Below, one piece after another: positions 38,873 to 51,100 of a DNA stretch of 64,000 nt. A model generated the notes under the pieces. The model was given only the letters and a program-made list of their open reading frames with translations, did no database searches and had not been told where the DNA came from. Position numbers and translations under genes: made by a program. Every line of letters starts with the position of its first letter. Position 1 is the stretch's first letter. The stretch is taken from contig JAYWIR010000023.1 in the NCBI GenBank assembly GCA_036172245.1, positions 496,001 to 560,000 of the forward strand. Direction: 5' to 3'. The stretch is from Raillietiella orientalis (taxonomy: Eukaryota).

Positions 38873-41335
38873 ATGGCGTTAAAAACTTATGGTGAAAAAC
38901 CGGTCAGTTTCCAACTAGAAGAAAATGGAGAATTTTATTGTATTGGTTCTGAAGTAAGTGAAAATACACAAAGCATGGAAACATTGTTTCTTCATTATTG
39001 ATCAAATTGCATTTCTACATGTGAATTTTAGGAATTTGAGTCCCTGGATGAATGGTTGTCATGAACGTATTTTGCTATCCTTAGTTTTAAAACTTTCTAA
39101 ATGAATGTGATTGATAGGTTCAAATAAGTAACAGCATTGTAATAGTATGCATGAGTGTATTTTTCTAACGATTTTCGTATGATATCCATTGAACGTTTGC
39201 TGAGTGAGTCTTTGTGTATTCTAGTGTTTGTGTCTTTACTTAAGAAAGTGACAAAGACGAGAGACGTAATTATTTCAAAGCTGTCAAGCAGAAAACTTTA
39301 TTTGTTAGTCACTTTCTAGCTCTTTCCGTTATGACAAAATGTGGTTTTTTGATTTCATTGTGTCATTACAGGTTGGCAATTATCTCCGATTATTTAGAGG
39401 TTCTTTGTATAAGAAATATCCTGGGATGTATAGAAGAACTATCACCCCGGATGAAAGGAAAAAGTTATCAGAGTTAGGTATGTCATTTCTATACCTTGAA
39501 AGTTCTTTGTATGGTCTTGCTACTCAGAAAGTCTTAAGAAGAAAGAAACTTACTATCCAGACCATTTAAAAAATACATTATGAAACAGGAATGCTCAAAG
39601 TTTTAGTGTATTTTCTATGTACTTTTAAATGTGTTTTCATAGGTCTTAGTCAGCACCTGCTGGCATCAAATATATCCCTTTTGAAAGCCTCTGAAGTGGA
39701 AGATATCATTGAGGGCAATGATGAAAAGTATAAAGCAGTTTCTGTTCATTCTGAGCCTTTAGTTTCCAGGTAATTTTTGCTTTGATTATAAAACTTCTAT
39801 GGTTAGCTGTAATCAATTATAATAAATTGGAACTGTTCACAAACAAATATTTCAAAAGTCCTAATAGTCCCTCCTTTAGAGGGACTTGAGGGTTCTTAAG
39901 AAAGTGACAAAGATGAGAGACGTAATTATTTAGAAAACACTCATAATTAAAGATTTTCAAGACTGTTATCTGAAGGTTACCAAAATCAAAATATCTGTTT
40001 TCTATAATTTAAGTATAGTATGAGTGCATTGCTAAATTTTGGTTAATCCATATTTTTAAATTTCATGTTTCAAAATAGATTTGTTTCTCATGAGCAATGT
40101 GATGCTGATTTTGGGGATTTTTATTCACATAATTTCTTTCTTTCTTTGCCAATAAGCCCTTATAATGAAAAGTTATAAGAAATGCTGAAAAAGAAGTTTT
40201 AAATTTCAAAATCAGAGTTAATTTGTGCCATGATGAATTGTTGGCAATGTTGTATTTGGTCCAGTGAAATCCTGAAATGTGGATTTGTGTCATGTATGCT
40301 TCCAATCCCTGCATAAATCTTGGCAGATTCTAATTTGTTTTCTGACTCATTATTTTTAAGGGAGATAAAAAATAGGAAAAGTACATGGCTGCCTCCTGTT
40401 CCCAACAGCTCTCATCACTTAGATGCTGTACCCCAAGCAACTCCCATCAACAGAAATAGATCAGTGAACAAAAAAGTTCGCACATTTCCATTATGGTAAT
40501 TGCACTTCTCTGTCGTACACCGTTATGGCCAGTTCTATAGTTTTGATGACACAGATCCAGCCTCCATTTATGAAAATGCAGCATCTTCTGAAGTTCTTGT
40601 ACCAATCCGACTTGATATGGAAATTGATGGACAAAAATTAAGGGATACATTTTGCTGGAATAGAAATGAATCGTTAATTACTCCCGAACAGTTCGCAGAA
40701 ATTCTTTGTGATGATCTGGATCTCAATCCAATAAGCTTTGTTCCAGCTATTGCTCAGGCAATTCGACAGCAGATCGAAAATTTTCCCACAGATAATATTT
40801 TGGAAGATCAGATGGACCAGCGGGTGGTTCTCAAAGTGAGTTCCTTTTTTCACCTCAAATTCAGGCATTCTTTAGCTGAACATCCATGTTGGCAACATAT
40901 CTTTAGTGGATCAGTTCGAATGGGACATGTCTGAGAAGATGAATAGTCCTGAAGAGTATGCACTGAAGTTATGTGCAGAACTGGGATTGGGTGGAGAGTT
41001 TTTGACAGCCATCGCCTATAGCATACGTGGACAACTTGCTTGGCATCAACGAACTTTTGCCTTCAGGTAAGCTTATGTGACTGCTGGCAGGACATTTGTG
41101 ATGTTTCAGTGAGAATCCACTATCTACTGTTGAGTGTCCTTTTCGAAGCACACCTGAAGCTGAGCACTGGGCACCATTTCTTGAAACTCTTTCTGATGCA
41201 GAAATGGAAAAGAAGATACGCGATCAGGATAGAAATACTAGGTATGATCATATGTGGTTCTCCATGGGTGCAGAATATTGTATTTATCTGTATAGGCGCA
41301 TGAGACGACTAGCTCAGGCCACTCCAGGATGGTAA
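38873..41335 (+). CDS. SMARCB1: SWI/SNF core subunit SNF5/Snr1 (SMARCB1)
   Basis: Exons 38873-38953, 39372-39477, 39643-39769, 40361-40495, 40541-40835, 40876-41066, 41110-41241, 41296-41335; all GT-AG and in frame. [44 protein letters not shown]...[23 protein letters not shown]...[20 protein letters not shown] is clearly SNF5. Confidence 0.97.
39239..39275 (+). repeat. 37-bp repeat in SMARCB1 intron 1 (second copy 39895-39931 in intron 3)
   Basis: cttaagaaagtgacaaaga(c/t)gagagacgtaattattt, 1 mismatch between copies. Confidence 0.9.
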
Positions 41336-44300
41336 ATAAAAAAAATTACTCAAAGTGGGTGAAGTTTGCCAGATTTTGCGCCTCCATTGAGAGATCCGAA
41401 ATCAACGAATCCATGAATGAATTCTTTGCTGTTGGAATCCACATTTAATTGTATGGCTGTGACCAATAAGCCAGCCATGTAAAACTTTTAGTGGATTTGT
41501 GAAGACCACAGCATACTAATATAGCAACATGTTGATTATCAGATTAATGAAATCCCCAAAGCAATGCATTGCACATGTTCTGTGGAACTAGGATGACTCC
41601 TCCTCTATTGTAACCTTCTTTAGACTCGATGGAATTTGAATTCGTCCTAGGCTAGAAGGTTGGCAGAGAAAGGCCAAATGATGAATGGAAAGAACCTGAG
41701 ACTATGTCTGCATTGCATCACTGTGCAGGTGCTATGTTTGTGAGCTTTCAAGTGAGCATCTTGCTTCCTGGTCCTTCTGCCAGTGCTATGCTGTCATCTA
41801 GTTGATGAATGCTGTCATCACCACCTCATGACAGCTGGCAATCCATCTGCAAGTCATCTGGCTGGCTGCATGCTTGGCTTGCTCATTTTCTCAAAGAAAG
41901 GCAATACCAACCCAAGAGCTCTGGCAATAAGATGTTCTGGTCAGAATAATCTCAGAATGGTTTGCAGCTGAATCCTCCCTTTCTCCCAGTCCCTCCATTA
42001 TAGGCAGATTCGTTGCTTGGGTTGAACTCTGGTCCTTTCATTTGTTCGTTTGCCTCTCTTCTTTATTGGAAACATGGCTATATACCATCACTTTTGTCTG
42101 AAGGATGCAGTAACATCACTGGACGAATTTCTCCAGTGATCAGTTGCCCATTATGCTCTGCAGATTGCCTCTGGATTTTACCCTTCTCATTTAAAGGAAA
42201 CTTCATTTCAAGAATTTGCAATCTGAGCTTCATTGCGAATTTTGGCATTTTGTCCTTGCTCTGGGTGTTGACAATGTCACCATGTGATTCCCCATCGCTA
42301 TCTGTTTCTCCACAGCTCATTGGAGCATGCAGAATATTACGTTACATGCTGCTTGCAAGTATAGGGGCGAGATTTGTCTGTGAGCTGACTGCTACCACAG
42401 TGCTCCAATACTATGTGAACCATGTGGGTTCACATTTTCTGGATAGAGAGACGAGTCAGTTGACATTAAAACGTGCACTGTCATTATCCTTGTCTCCCAA
42501 ACTTCACAGTGTGCTTCACGAGTACTTCAAAAGCATTGGAGTGAAGGAGCTTCATGCCAGTTGGGCTCCTGCAGTGGGATCATTGCTCAGCTTGGTTACT
42601 GTTGGTTCCAGGTGTCTGGTTCGTAGGCGATCAGCCTTTGCTTGCATTCCCACGCCAGTCGAGCTAGCAGTAACAGAACCATTGCGGGGATGGAATTCCT
42701 AGGCGTAGTGATAGGAAAGTAGAAGCCGCGCGGGGAATTTGTTACTCGGATCGTCCGGCTCGGTTTTCGTGTGAGAGGACTTTGACGGTCTCCGGAAATC
42801 TACCTGCAACGTGCTGCCACCAATTCTCAGCAACGGGTGATCCTTTCGAAAGACGCAGAGTGGAAGCTCTAAGCGGCAGCGTCATCTGCAGACCTCTGTA
42901 GACTCATTATAGTTCGCATCTTCCCTTCGATTCTGTGCAGCTTGCCCTTTTCTGGGAGGCTTGTTTCCCGATCGTCATGACTTCTGACGAAGTCTTCGGG
43001 CTCAAGTTCTAGATTCCTTGCGAGATGTGGAACCTCGTCTTCAGAAACAGGAGCGAGCGAGCTGCCTAAGAGGGAGGGATTCCGACTTGCCGAAAATGAT
43101 TCCAGTATGCGCTAGCAACTTCCTGAATTCCTGACACGGGATGTGCATTCGAAAACTCTCCGGAAACGTGCACACAACTATTCGAAAGATCGAGGAGAAC
43201 GGATAATGCGATGTTGCTTTCCCGAAGTGCTCCAAGGGAATCGCAACCTGGGTGCACATCATTATCATGGAGTCCAGACAACGAATAAGCAATTAAAGAT
43301 CCGGAAATGGCTCGTTGATACGTGTGTCACATGAGAAAACTTTTGGTGTGTTCTAATATCGGATCTAGCAGAGATTTATGGTATCGACTCACCCATGCTC
43401 CCGATGACACGAAGATCGAATCCAGTAAGAGAAACAGGAAGTAGCCCGTGCTTAAGATAGAGAAAAACTGTTAACAAGGCACGATGATGATACGACAAAC
43501 GAACCCGCCGCGGGTTCCCAAATCCATGTGAAAATCTCCCCCCTAAAACTACTAGGGGGGACGTCTGCTTTCGGAATGCGACTCCGGAACAGGTCTTTAA
43601 ACGCTGACGGCGATGTCCTTCCCAAACATTCTGAACGTATCGTTTCCGTAGGTCACATCGCTGGAGAATCCGTATCTCCAGATTTCGAAGAAGCTAGCCC
43701 AAACGTTAGGAACAGCAGTCAATCCGGACGACATGACTCTGGGGAAGCTGCAAGACGATCATGAACCGTGAATCGTCATCTCTTTGTCGAAGTACAACCA
43801 CCGGTAGCCGATCTGGCCAAGCAGCCCAAACCTCGGATGTAACAATCCTCCCGCTTGACCCCATTCACTAACCCCACCGTTCAATAAAAGTGTTGTTAAT
43901 TGTGCGTTAATAGAGAAAGAATATATATGACATGGTGTCAGGGCAAGTGATGAAACATGAGTGTGTGGTGAATTCGATGGCTCAGACGGTCTCTGACGAG
44001 GTATGTATAATTACGGTGATGATAGGGGTGGCGCTCTGCGCGTTGCAAGATAGTAGCTGGGCTCTGGTGGACCTCGAAGAGGTTCACGGAGTTCCGTAGG
44101 CTATTCGTGGGCTGGAGGTGAAGGGGTAGAAATGCTGGTTATTGCTCGTTCGTCTTTTGTCTTTTGCTGAGAGTGACTTGTGGGGAGCACCGAGGGGTGA
44201 ATTGGGGAGGATGGCTCGGGAGTGTTTACCTTTTCGCTGTTGTTGCAACATGGATGATGGGTAATCGTATGCCGAGGTGAACCGAGGAGGCAGTGGTTAA

Positions 44301-44599
44301 GGGTATCCTTTGTCATACGCGGTTTTGTGTGGCGAGGCCGTTGGTTTCATTATGGTAATTCGATATGATGGCGTGTACAGGGAGAGAAGTGATCTTGCTC
44401 CAAAGGGATTGGGGAGGAACGAGGTGAGTTAATTTGGTCTGTCAGTTGAGCTTGTTCAGCAGCTGGATTATTTATATGTGCATGTGAACGGATGTGAATG
44501 CTGGGTAACAGAGGAGAACTTCACATCGGTGGAGGGTACAGGAAAGAGTGTGCCTCAGCTAACGTCGGGCTCTCTCAAGATCCCGAAGCGTGGGTGCTC

Positions 44600-45900
44600 G
44601 GAGAGCTGATTGGCTGCGTTGCCTTCCGGCAGGTTCGAGCGCCTGATGTGGCCTGGGAGCAAAGCTTTTGTTGCCAGCCGGGCAAAGCACGGAGGGTCCT
44701 CTGGCCTGTTCGGTGTGCTTCCTCTTCCCTCGCTGTTGCTCTGGTCGAGCGCCCTTCCCTCGCCTACCTCTCGGAACGGCGCTCCGTCCACCGGAAGGAA
44801 ACTTCCCCTTTATTTCCAATCTCAGCGGAAGGGTTGGAGTCTACTTCCTGCCTAGGCAGCAGCTTTCTGCGTTTCGAAATCAAGCCCCCGCTCCGAGGTA
44901 CGCGGACGAGGGCTCTGAGACATTGATTCGGACCTTGAAGGGTTCGCGGGCTGATGAGACTTGTGATGCTGCGGCAAAATCCCGAAGTTAACCCGCAAAA
45001 TCGTGGAGCAGCGCCCCGTAACCGTCAGCCGCCTTTGCAGATTTGGGCAACATGCAGCGTCCCTGGAAACACGCACCTTTTGATGTGTACGCTCAGTAGC
45101 TGCTTGCGTGCTCAGTGCGATTCGTCTCTATGATTGATTCGGTTCCGGCTAAAATGAAGGTTTGAAAGCCATGCATGCCTACTCCGTTCCGAAAAAGAAA
45201 AATTGTCTTGGCGAACGGAGATCCAAGGAAAATTGCCACCTTTCCCCCCCCCCCCTCTCTCCTCTCGAGATCTTCCCGCGGTAAACGGAATCCATCTTTG
45301 TTCCACAAGTAGAGTGGAGCAGAAAAGGGTCGTAGCTCTCCCAGACTCACCCAAAATACTGGCCGAAGAACAGCAGCAGCGGTGGAGCCGGGGGTCTCTT
45401 CTCAGGGTGTTGCTTCCTTTGCTCGTCCGAATCCGAGAGCGTTCGCATCCAACGGAAGCGCTGAGAGAGGCGATGTGCATTTTCTGGTTTCCTAAGGACA
45501 CTTCTGATGTCTGCCCTGTCTTACTGCTCGCGTGCTGGGGGTAAGAACCTCGAGACTCACAAGACGCAGGTGCTCGCGAACATTTCGGGAAACCTTGAAG
45601 GGAACGAGGAATTCCAGAAATCTCTCACTACGAATAAAGTTTGGTTGTGAGACGATTCTTCCCGGTAAATTGATTATGGATTCTTTGTTTGGAGCCCTAC
45701 CCCTTCCCAACGTTCATCTGCCTTATGGCATTATCAGCATCATGGGATGCATAGAAGACGTGGTGCTCCGCAAGATTTTCGTCTAAGATTTTTTTTTCTT
45801 CAGGATACGTGCACATTTCGTTAAGCATTTTCTGCTCCAGATGCTGTTCTGGTTCATTATTCACAAAGGGAAAACGCAATCCTCCTAACTATTCATAATT
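44600..45900 (-). mobile_element. Decayed LINE reverse-transcriptase region
   Basis: RT-like motifs in the expected order on minus: DNAIRQMNVGK (~45700; 'AIxxMxxGKAPG'), RAVRQG (~45510), PFAKTIFLF (~45215; FADD-like), AYLG (~44895). Confidence 0.4.
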
Positions 45901-47639
45901 AGGTGGCGGATATTCTCCAGAGTATCGTGAAGATGTTGCGTATGCAGCTGATTTGGCCTGCACACAGTTCAGGAGAATTCATTAAAAGATGCATCAAGAG
46001 GAGCGCAGCGAACGCTTCCGATCATAAAGTGAATTCAAATCTTTTTTTGCGTCGACCGAGCTTTCCCTCTTCAAGTGCTTCCGTCTCAACAGCAGTCATT
46101 CATTGTGGACGTCACTTGTTCTTCTACCTTTACCTGGGAACCTTTCTTAAATGTCAGAGTTCCTCCGGCTTTTGCTGATCCATTGAAATTCGTAGTCTGT
46201 TCCTCGTCTCCGACTCGCCGGTGCTCTTATGCTCTTAGCCTTCACCTGCGAATCTGCTGAAGAAATTGTGAAGAAATTCCTTTTCGATTCTCACGTCACG
46301 TTTTCGATTTCTGATCTCGTTATTTCTGTTCGCCTTCCCTCCGTTTCCTCAGATACTGAGATCAATCAAGCAAACAAGCAGTCTTCCATGAACTCAACGT
46401 GAGACCTTCGAAGTTCAGACATAGCCGGCGACGAAGTACTTGAGCTGTCGCACTTGCTTGAGATCAGAGCGTCCGCCACAGAGATATTAGAACTTGTTCC
46501 GAAGGTGAGGTCCAGTCTGAGCAATGCTATGTGTTCCACTCAATTAAATCTCAGATTCCCTCTGCTGTTTGAATTTTGAATAAAAACGGAACGACCTAGA
46601 GAGAGCCATCGCTAGGTGGAAGGAGGTTCCGATGCGCCCAGTTCTTCTGCTTTTTGTCATTTCCTCCTTATCCCACGAGAGCATAGAGAAGCTGTCGTCT
46701 CTCATCATTCACCTATGACGAAAAATTCTTTGGAATTTTTTTCCCACGGGAGATTTCTCATGTGCTTGTGAGATTCCAAGCTCTTTTTTTCACTCCCTTG
46801 GTCAGAGTGGTAGTCGATAATAAGTGGTCATCGACCAAATTAAAGCATTAAAGGGTGAGAAAAGATAATGATTAGAATCAATCTCAAGATGAAGCAAGAA
46901 GGATGAATTCTAGGTTAAGTTCCTCTAGCATGGTACAAGTTCCTTAGCATCTGCGAGTGAGCTGAGATTTCTGAAAGCAGTGACATAATTCCTCTGCTTC
47001 TTTTATCAATGCTTGATTGCCTTTCTCTGGTTATTCTGTTCGCTGAGGTCAAACAGGCTTGTGACATTTGGAACGAATGGGAAAAAGGCTGAGTTCGCCC
47101 TACCATCCTGTTCAAGAGTCGCGGTTTCCCTGCAGATGCTGCCGATTTGCTGTGATATGTTTCTTACATGTCCAGATTGTTCGAACTTTACATTGTCTGC
47201 TGCTATTTAGGATCATCCTTTTTCTTCCTACCTGGAAGGCACTTTGAACTCAACTTTGGATTTCTTTCCAGTTCCCTTGAGAATGGGGCAGCAACTCTCT
47301 TCGCTCCCCAGACATGCATGGAGAAAGCATATGACCCCACATGCTCGTTCCCGCGTTCTTTTGGCTCAATCGTCTGTTATTGTGATTCATGCTCCAGCTC
47401 TTTTCGACACCATACCACTTGTCCGATTGCACCCGAATGGAATGAGTTTTCTGTTTTATCATCCCTGTCGTTCGAGTCCTCACACGAGTTCGCAAGCACC
47501 ATTCTTATCATCAACCATTTTCTTTCCGATAACCGCATCCGGATTTTGGCTTTCATGTACTTAAAAAAAAACACACACACATAACGTCAATCCTGAAGTT
47601 CTGTTTTTGTGTGTGTTACTGAGAAATCCATGGTTACAT

Positions 47640-48715
47640 AAGACAGTGTAAGGCAGCGCTTCTCCACAAATTCCTCCGATTCCTCGACCCATCCAGCTTA
47701 ATTGCTGTTTTTAACCTGGTTACTCCGAGATACTCGATGATGCTTTCCTGCTTCTTAGGACCATTCAGGACACCACGAGTCCCCAAATGCATCGATAGAA
47801 GGAGGAAAACGCGGATACTTCTGCAGCGTGGGAGGTGATCTGCCGACTCGCGGGGAAGTCACGCCCAAATCAGACTGAAGATCCGCAAAGGTGGACAGAG
47901 TTTCCCAGCATTCCTTGTGGAAACTTCAAGATCCCAAACTTCCCGGGGGACGCTTGCATCCCTCCCTTTTCTCCCCTTTCCTTTACCAATAGACCGCCAT
48001 CTTGCTGGTAAACTGAGCTCTTCTCTGTAACGGAGAACATCACCACGCCTCAGCGGGGAGAGTGCATCCACTGAAGTGTAGTGGAGACACCTCTGCACGT
48101 GCTCCCAGAACATGAAAGGCTTGATCGGAGGCTGGAAACGCACTGCTGAAGAGGTTCATTTTCCCGATACTGCCCTCAGGGCATGTCCAATGAAATCTTC
48201 GCTTCCCCAGGCTTATCGGTTGCCTCCTTGCTGGCGATTCTCTGAGACTTGCCAGCAACGGTGACCGCCAGAATGGGGGCAGAGAGCAGCCGCCGTCATT
48301 CCGGGCCGTCGCTTGCAGTCGCCATCGCCTACGTGCGAAGGGCAACGAAATGGCACAGTCTGGGATCTGACCAAAAGTAGAACCAATGGACGATTGTGGG
48401 CAGGCTAACCCAGCACCCGTAAGTAAACTCCCATCCTTTCCCTCTCTTCCCTCCCTACTACGCAGGCTCTCGGGAATCATGCTGAATGAAGTATGGCTAC
48501 TCTATCTCTCGATCTATTTTATTTGTTGTCCCTCCTTTCCTCTCTCTCCACTTTTCCTTAGTCTTGTCCCGGTGAGGGTGGTCCCTTTGGGTACAAGCCG
48601 ACGCATGTCGGTCACAAACTGTATGTTTGTTTTGATTATTTACTTATGTCAAATAGATTTCCCGGCTATCCAGGAGAAGGTCACTCTGGTACGCTTCGCT
48701 CAATATATAAATAAA
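47640..48715 (+). mobile_element. Decayed 3' end of an L1/Tx1-like LINE
   Basis: CIH*SVVETPLHVL (~48063-48105) fits the ORF2 C-terminal CxxC...ETxxH zinc finger; followed by a pyrimidine-rich UTR ending ataaataaa at ~48715. Confidence 0.45.
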
Positions 48716-48719
48716 TGCG

Positions 48720-51100
48720 AAAGGAATAAAAAGGATTATGTCGATCCTAGGTCGGTATCAGACAAGACAAGAAAGGTCGGTATCAGCACAAGGAGTGGGG
48801 GAAAGGAGAGAAAACGAAATAAAAAGTGAAGGAAATCGGCAAGCAAACCGGACCAAAGCACATTAAGAAATGCTTTAACCCTTTGGGTGCAATGGTCATC
48901 AGATTCGAAAGTTCCGTGTCGACGGCACGCGAGTCGCAGTGGCGATCCCGGTGGACGGAACGCTTTCCGCGTACCGATTGACTTCTTAAAGTGCTGGTTA
49001 AAGTTACTATTGTAATTGTTTATTTACACCACATTAAATAAAACATTTTCATTTTTCCCAAACACACATAAGTTATTCAAAAAGTATAATCATAACTCCA
49101 ATGAAATCAATAATCCATTTGGGTGTTGCACAATATAATAAATTATATTATGCTATTCTCGTTTTTTCAGAGAGGGGACTGAAAACACGAGAACAGTTAG
49201 CCGATGTAAATAGAATTTTGTTTCCTGTCGTTTCCAAGGGAATTATGAGAACGTAAGGCTGTGTCCATCTCAAACATTGATAATATCAACTTGTGCCGCG
49301 ATTGTAAGGTAAAAACATTTGGCCAAATGCATATGTGTAGTTTTCGTCATATGCATATATGCGTCCACAGCACTCAAAGGATTAAAAGAGGGATGGGTCA
49401 CTAGGTGCGGGGTCTACCGCATCGCAATTCAGGGAAGGGTAGGAAGGGAAGAATCGCCGGACAACTGCCCCCGTGTCTTCCTTGCAGCCTGCCTGCGGCG
49501 TAGGGGGCGTCCTCGGTGCGACTTTGGATAAGGGACGAGGTCATCTTGCCAGGTTTCTCACGAGAGATAAGAAATGGGCACCAGTCCTCCTATGCTGCGG
49601 GTGTTCTCCGCACGGCTAGTCGTTACTGGCGATAGAATGTTCCTCAACGTACATTTAAGGGTTGTGGGAGAGAGAGAGGAGAGTGGTGGTGCTCCTTGTC
49701 GAGATAAGGGATCGAGCTCTGGACCTTCCGCTCATTTCTTGGGGGAAGCGGAGGGGAGTAAATCTGTTGGACCACGTCGGCTTCCTTAATTGGGGATGTT
49801 GCATGGGGGCAATGATTGGTGCTCTTCAGCTGCGCTCTCGGTCGTTCCCAGGGGATCCTGGCGCCGATGCTTTCGGCAGATTTTTCAAGTGTTGGGTGGT
49901 GGGAGACGCTCTGGACTTGCTGGATTGGTTGCTCACATTCGGGGGAAGCTCCAGTTCCTTTCGGACGACATCTTTCTAGGGACCCCAGTGACTAGGCGAC
50001 TGGCAAGCTAACTGACTCCTGAGTTCTTGAGGATAAGGGGGAAAGCGCATCATCAAGGAAAATAGTGGACACTCCCAGATCATTGCTTATACCCCCCAGG
50101 CACATGATTTGTAAACTAGAAAAATGAATAAATCGTTCCTGCTTTCTTGAACGCTGTCGTTGTTCATCCGAATGGGCAGTACGAGTCAAGTGGTTCCTTT
50201 CTCCCACGTCGAGGTCGGGTCTCAACTACAACTCCGCTTTGCATGCCTCTTGGTCTCAGGCCAGGATCTTCAGTTTTGCTTATGTCTCCTTCCTGAAGTT
50301 GCCTCCAGGTGCACAGTTGAATGTGCTGCCCTCAGCAATTTATAATGTCCGCCAGCGTTTCACTCCCTTTCCGGGAAAGCGGGAAAGATCGATCTCTGAG
50401 ATGCCAGCAAGCAGGTACTCAGATGGGACATGCAGAGCGGGTGAATTTGTGTCCCTCAGCATGTTGACATTAATAATGCTGCAGTGCAGGGGTTGAGTTT
50501 GTTGTTTTTCTTTGCCACCTGGCCAACCATACAAGCGCTGGAAAAAACGCGCGCGCGCTCACGCACGCACATACGCACAAAATCAGTGGACCCCTTCCCC
50601 TATCCTTCCTCTCCTTATCTTTTACCTCTCTCGATTTCCATCCTCATCTTTGCATCGAAGTTGTGCTGGCACGAGGGAGAGCATGTCGTTTTTCAAGTGG
50701 GGTCATTGCAGTCTCTTTCTTACTTGCCCATTGTTCCAGTGCATGCGCTCCCATTGCAACACGTGGATGTCGATAAGCACGGTTCGATCTATTGTATCCC
50801 TCAGCGACTGGTGTCCCGATGGCTCTTCGTCGCTCCTCGTCCGAATACTAATCGGTTCTGCTTTTGGTTCTGTAGGATCTGTCGTGCATCCTTAATGATG
50901 CCGAAAGCCCTCTTCCTTCCTCTTTCAGATGGTTGGAAGCCAGCGCCAGATCCGACAGTCGAGGGTGTAATCAGATGTTTAACCGGCCTCTCGGGAGATC
51001 GGAGCTCGAGAAATCTCCTCACCATCCCCGTTCTAGCTCCAGAAGGAGACAAAATTTGAGAGAGCGCCTGTCTTTTAGTCTCGAAAACTTTGCAAGAAAC
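48720..51100 (-). mobile_element. Decayed, internally deleted LINE (Cys-rich ORF1 relic, endonuclease start, ORF2 tail and 3' UTR), interrupted by the piggyBac MITE
   Basis: Cys-rich CLST..CCNG..C..ERDC..TTCSPSCQH (~50650-50780), followed by LHCSIINVNMLR..AGISE (ORF 50340..50534; resembles the APE endonuclease N-terminus 'NVNGL..ISET'). Confidence 0.4.
48879..49381. mobile_element. Non-autonomous piggyBac-type MITE, 503 bp
   Basis: TTAA|CCCTTTGGGTGC ... GCACTCAAAGGA|TTAA: TIR 10/12 identical, TTAA target duplications at 48875-48878 and 49382-49385, AT-rich non-coding interior. Confidence 0.75.

Noticed and set aside
40230..40345. C-box/D-box-like words in SMARCB1 intron 3
   Set aside because: No terminal stem or identifiable guide.
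42013..42702. 229-aa plus-strand ORF; weak piggyBac-transposase-like words on the minus strand (HPSDKSDGI, NESAYNG)
   Set aside because: The plus ORF starts at TTG and has no recognisable motif; the minus-strand similarity is too faint to call.
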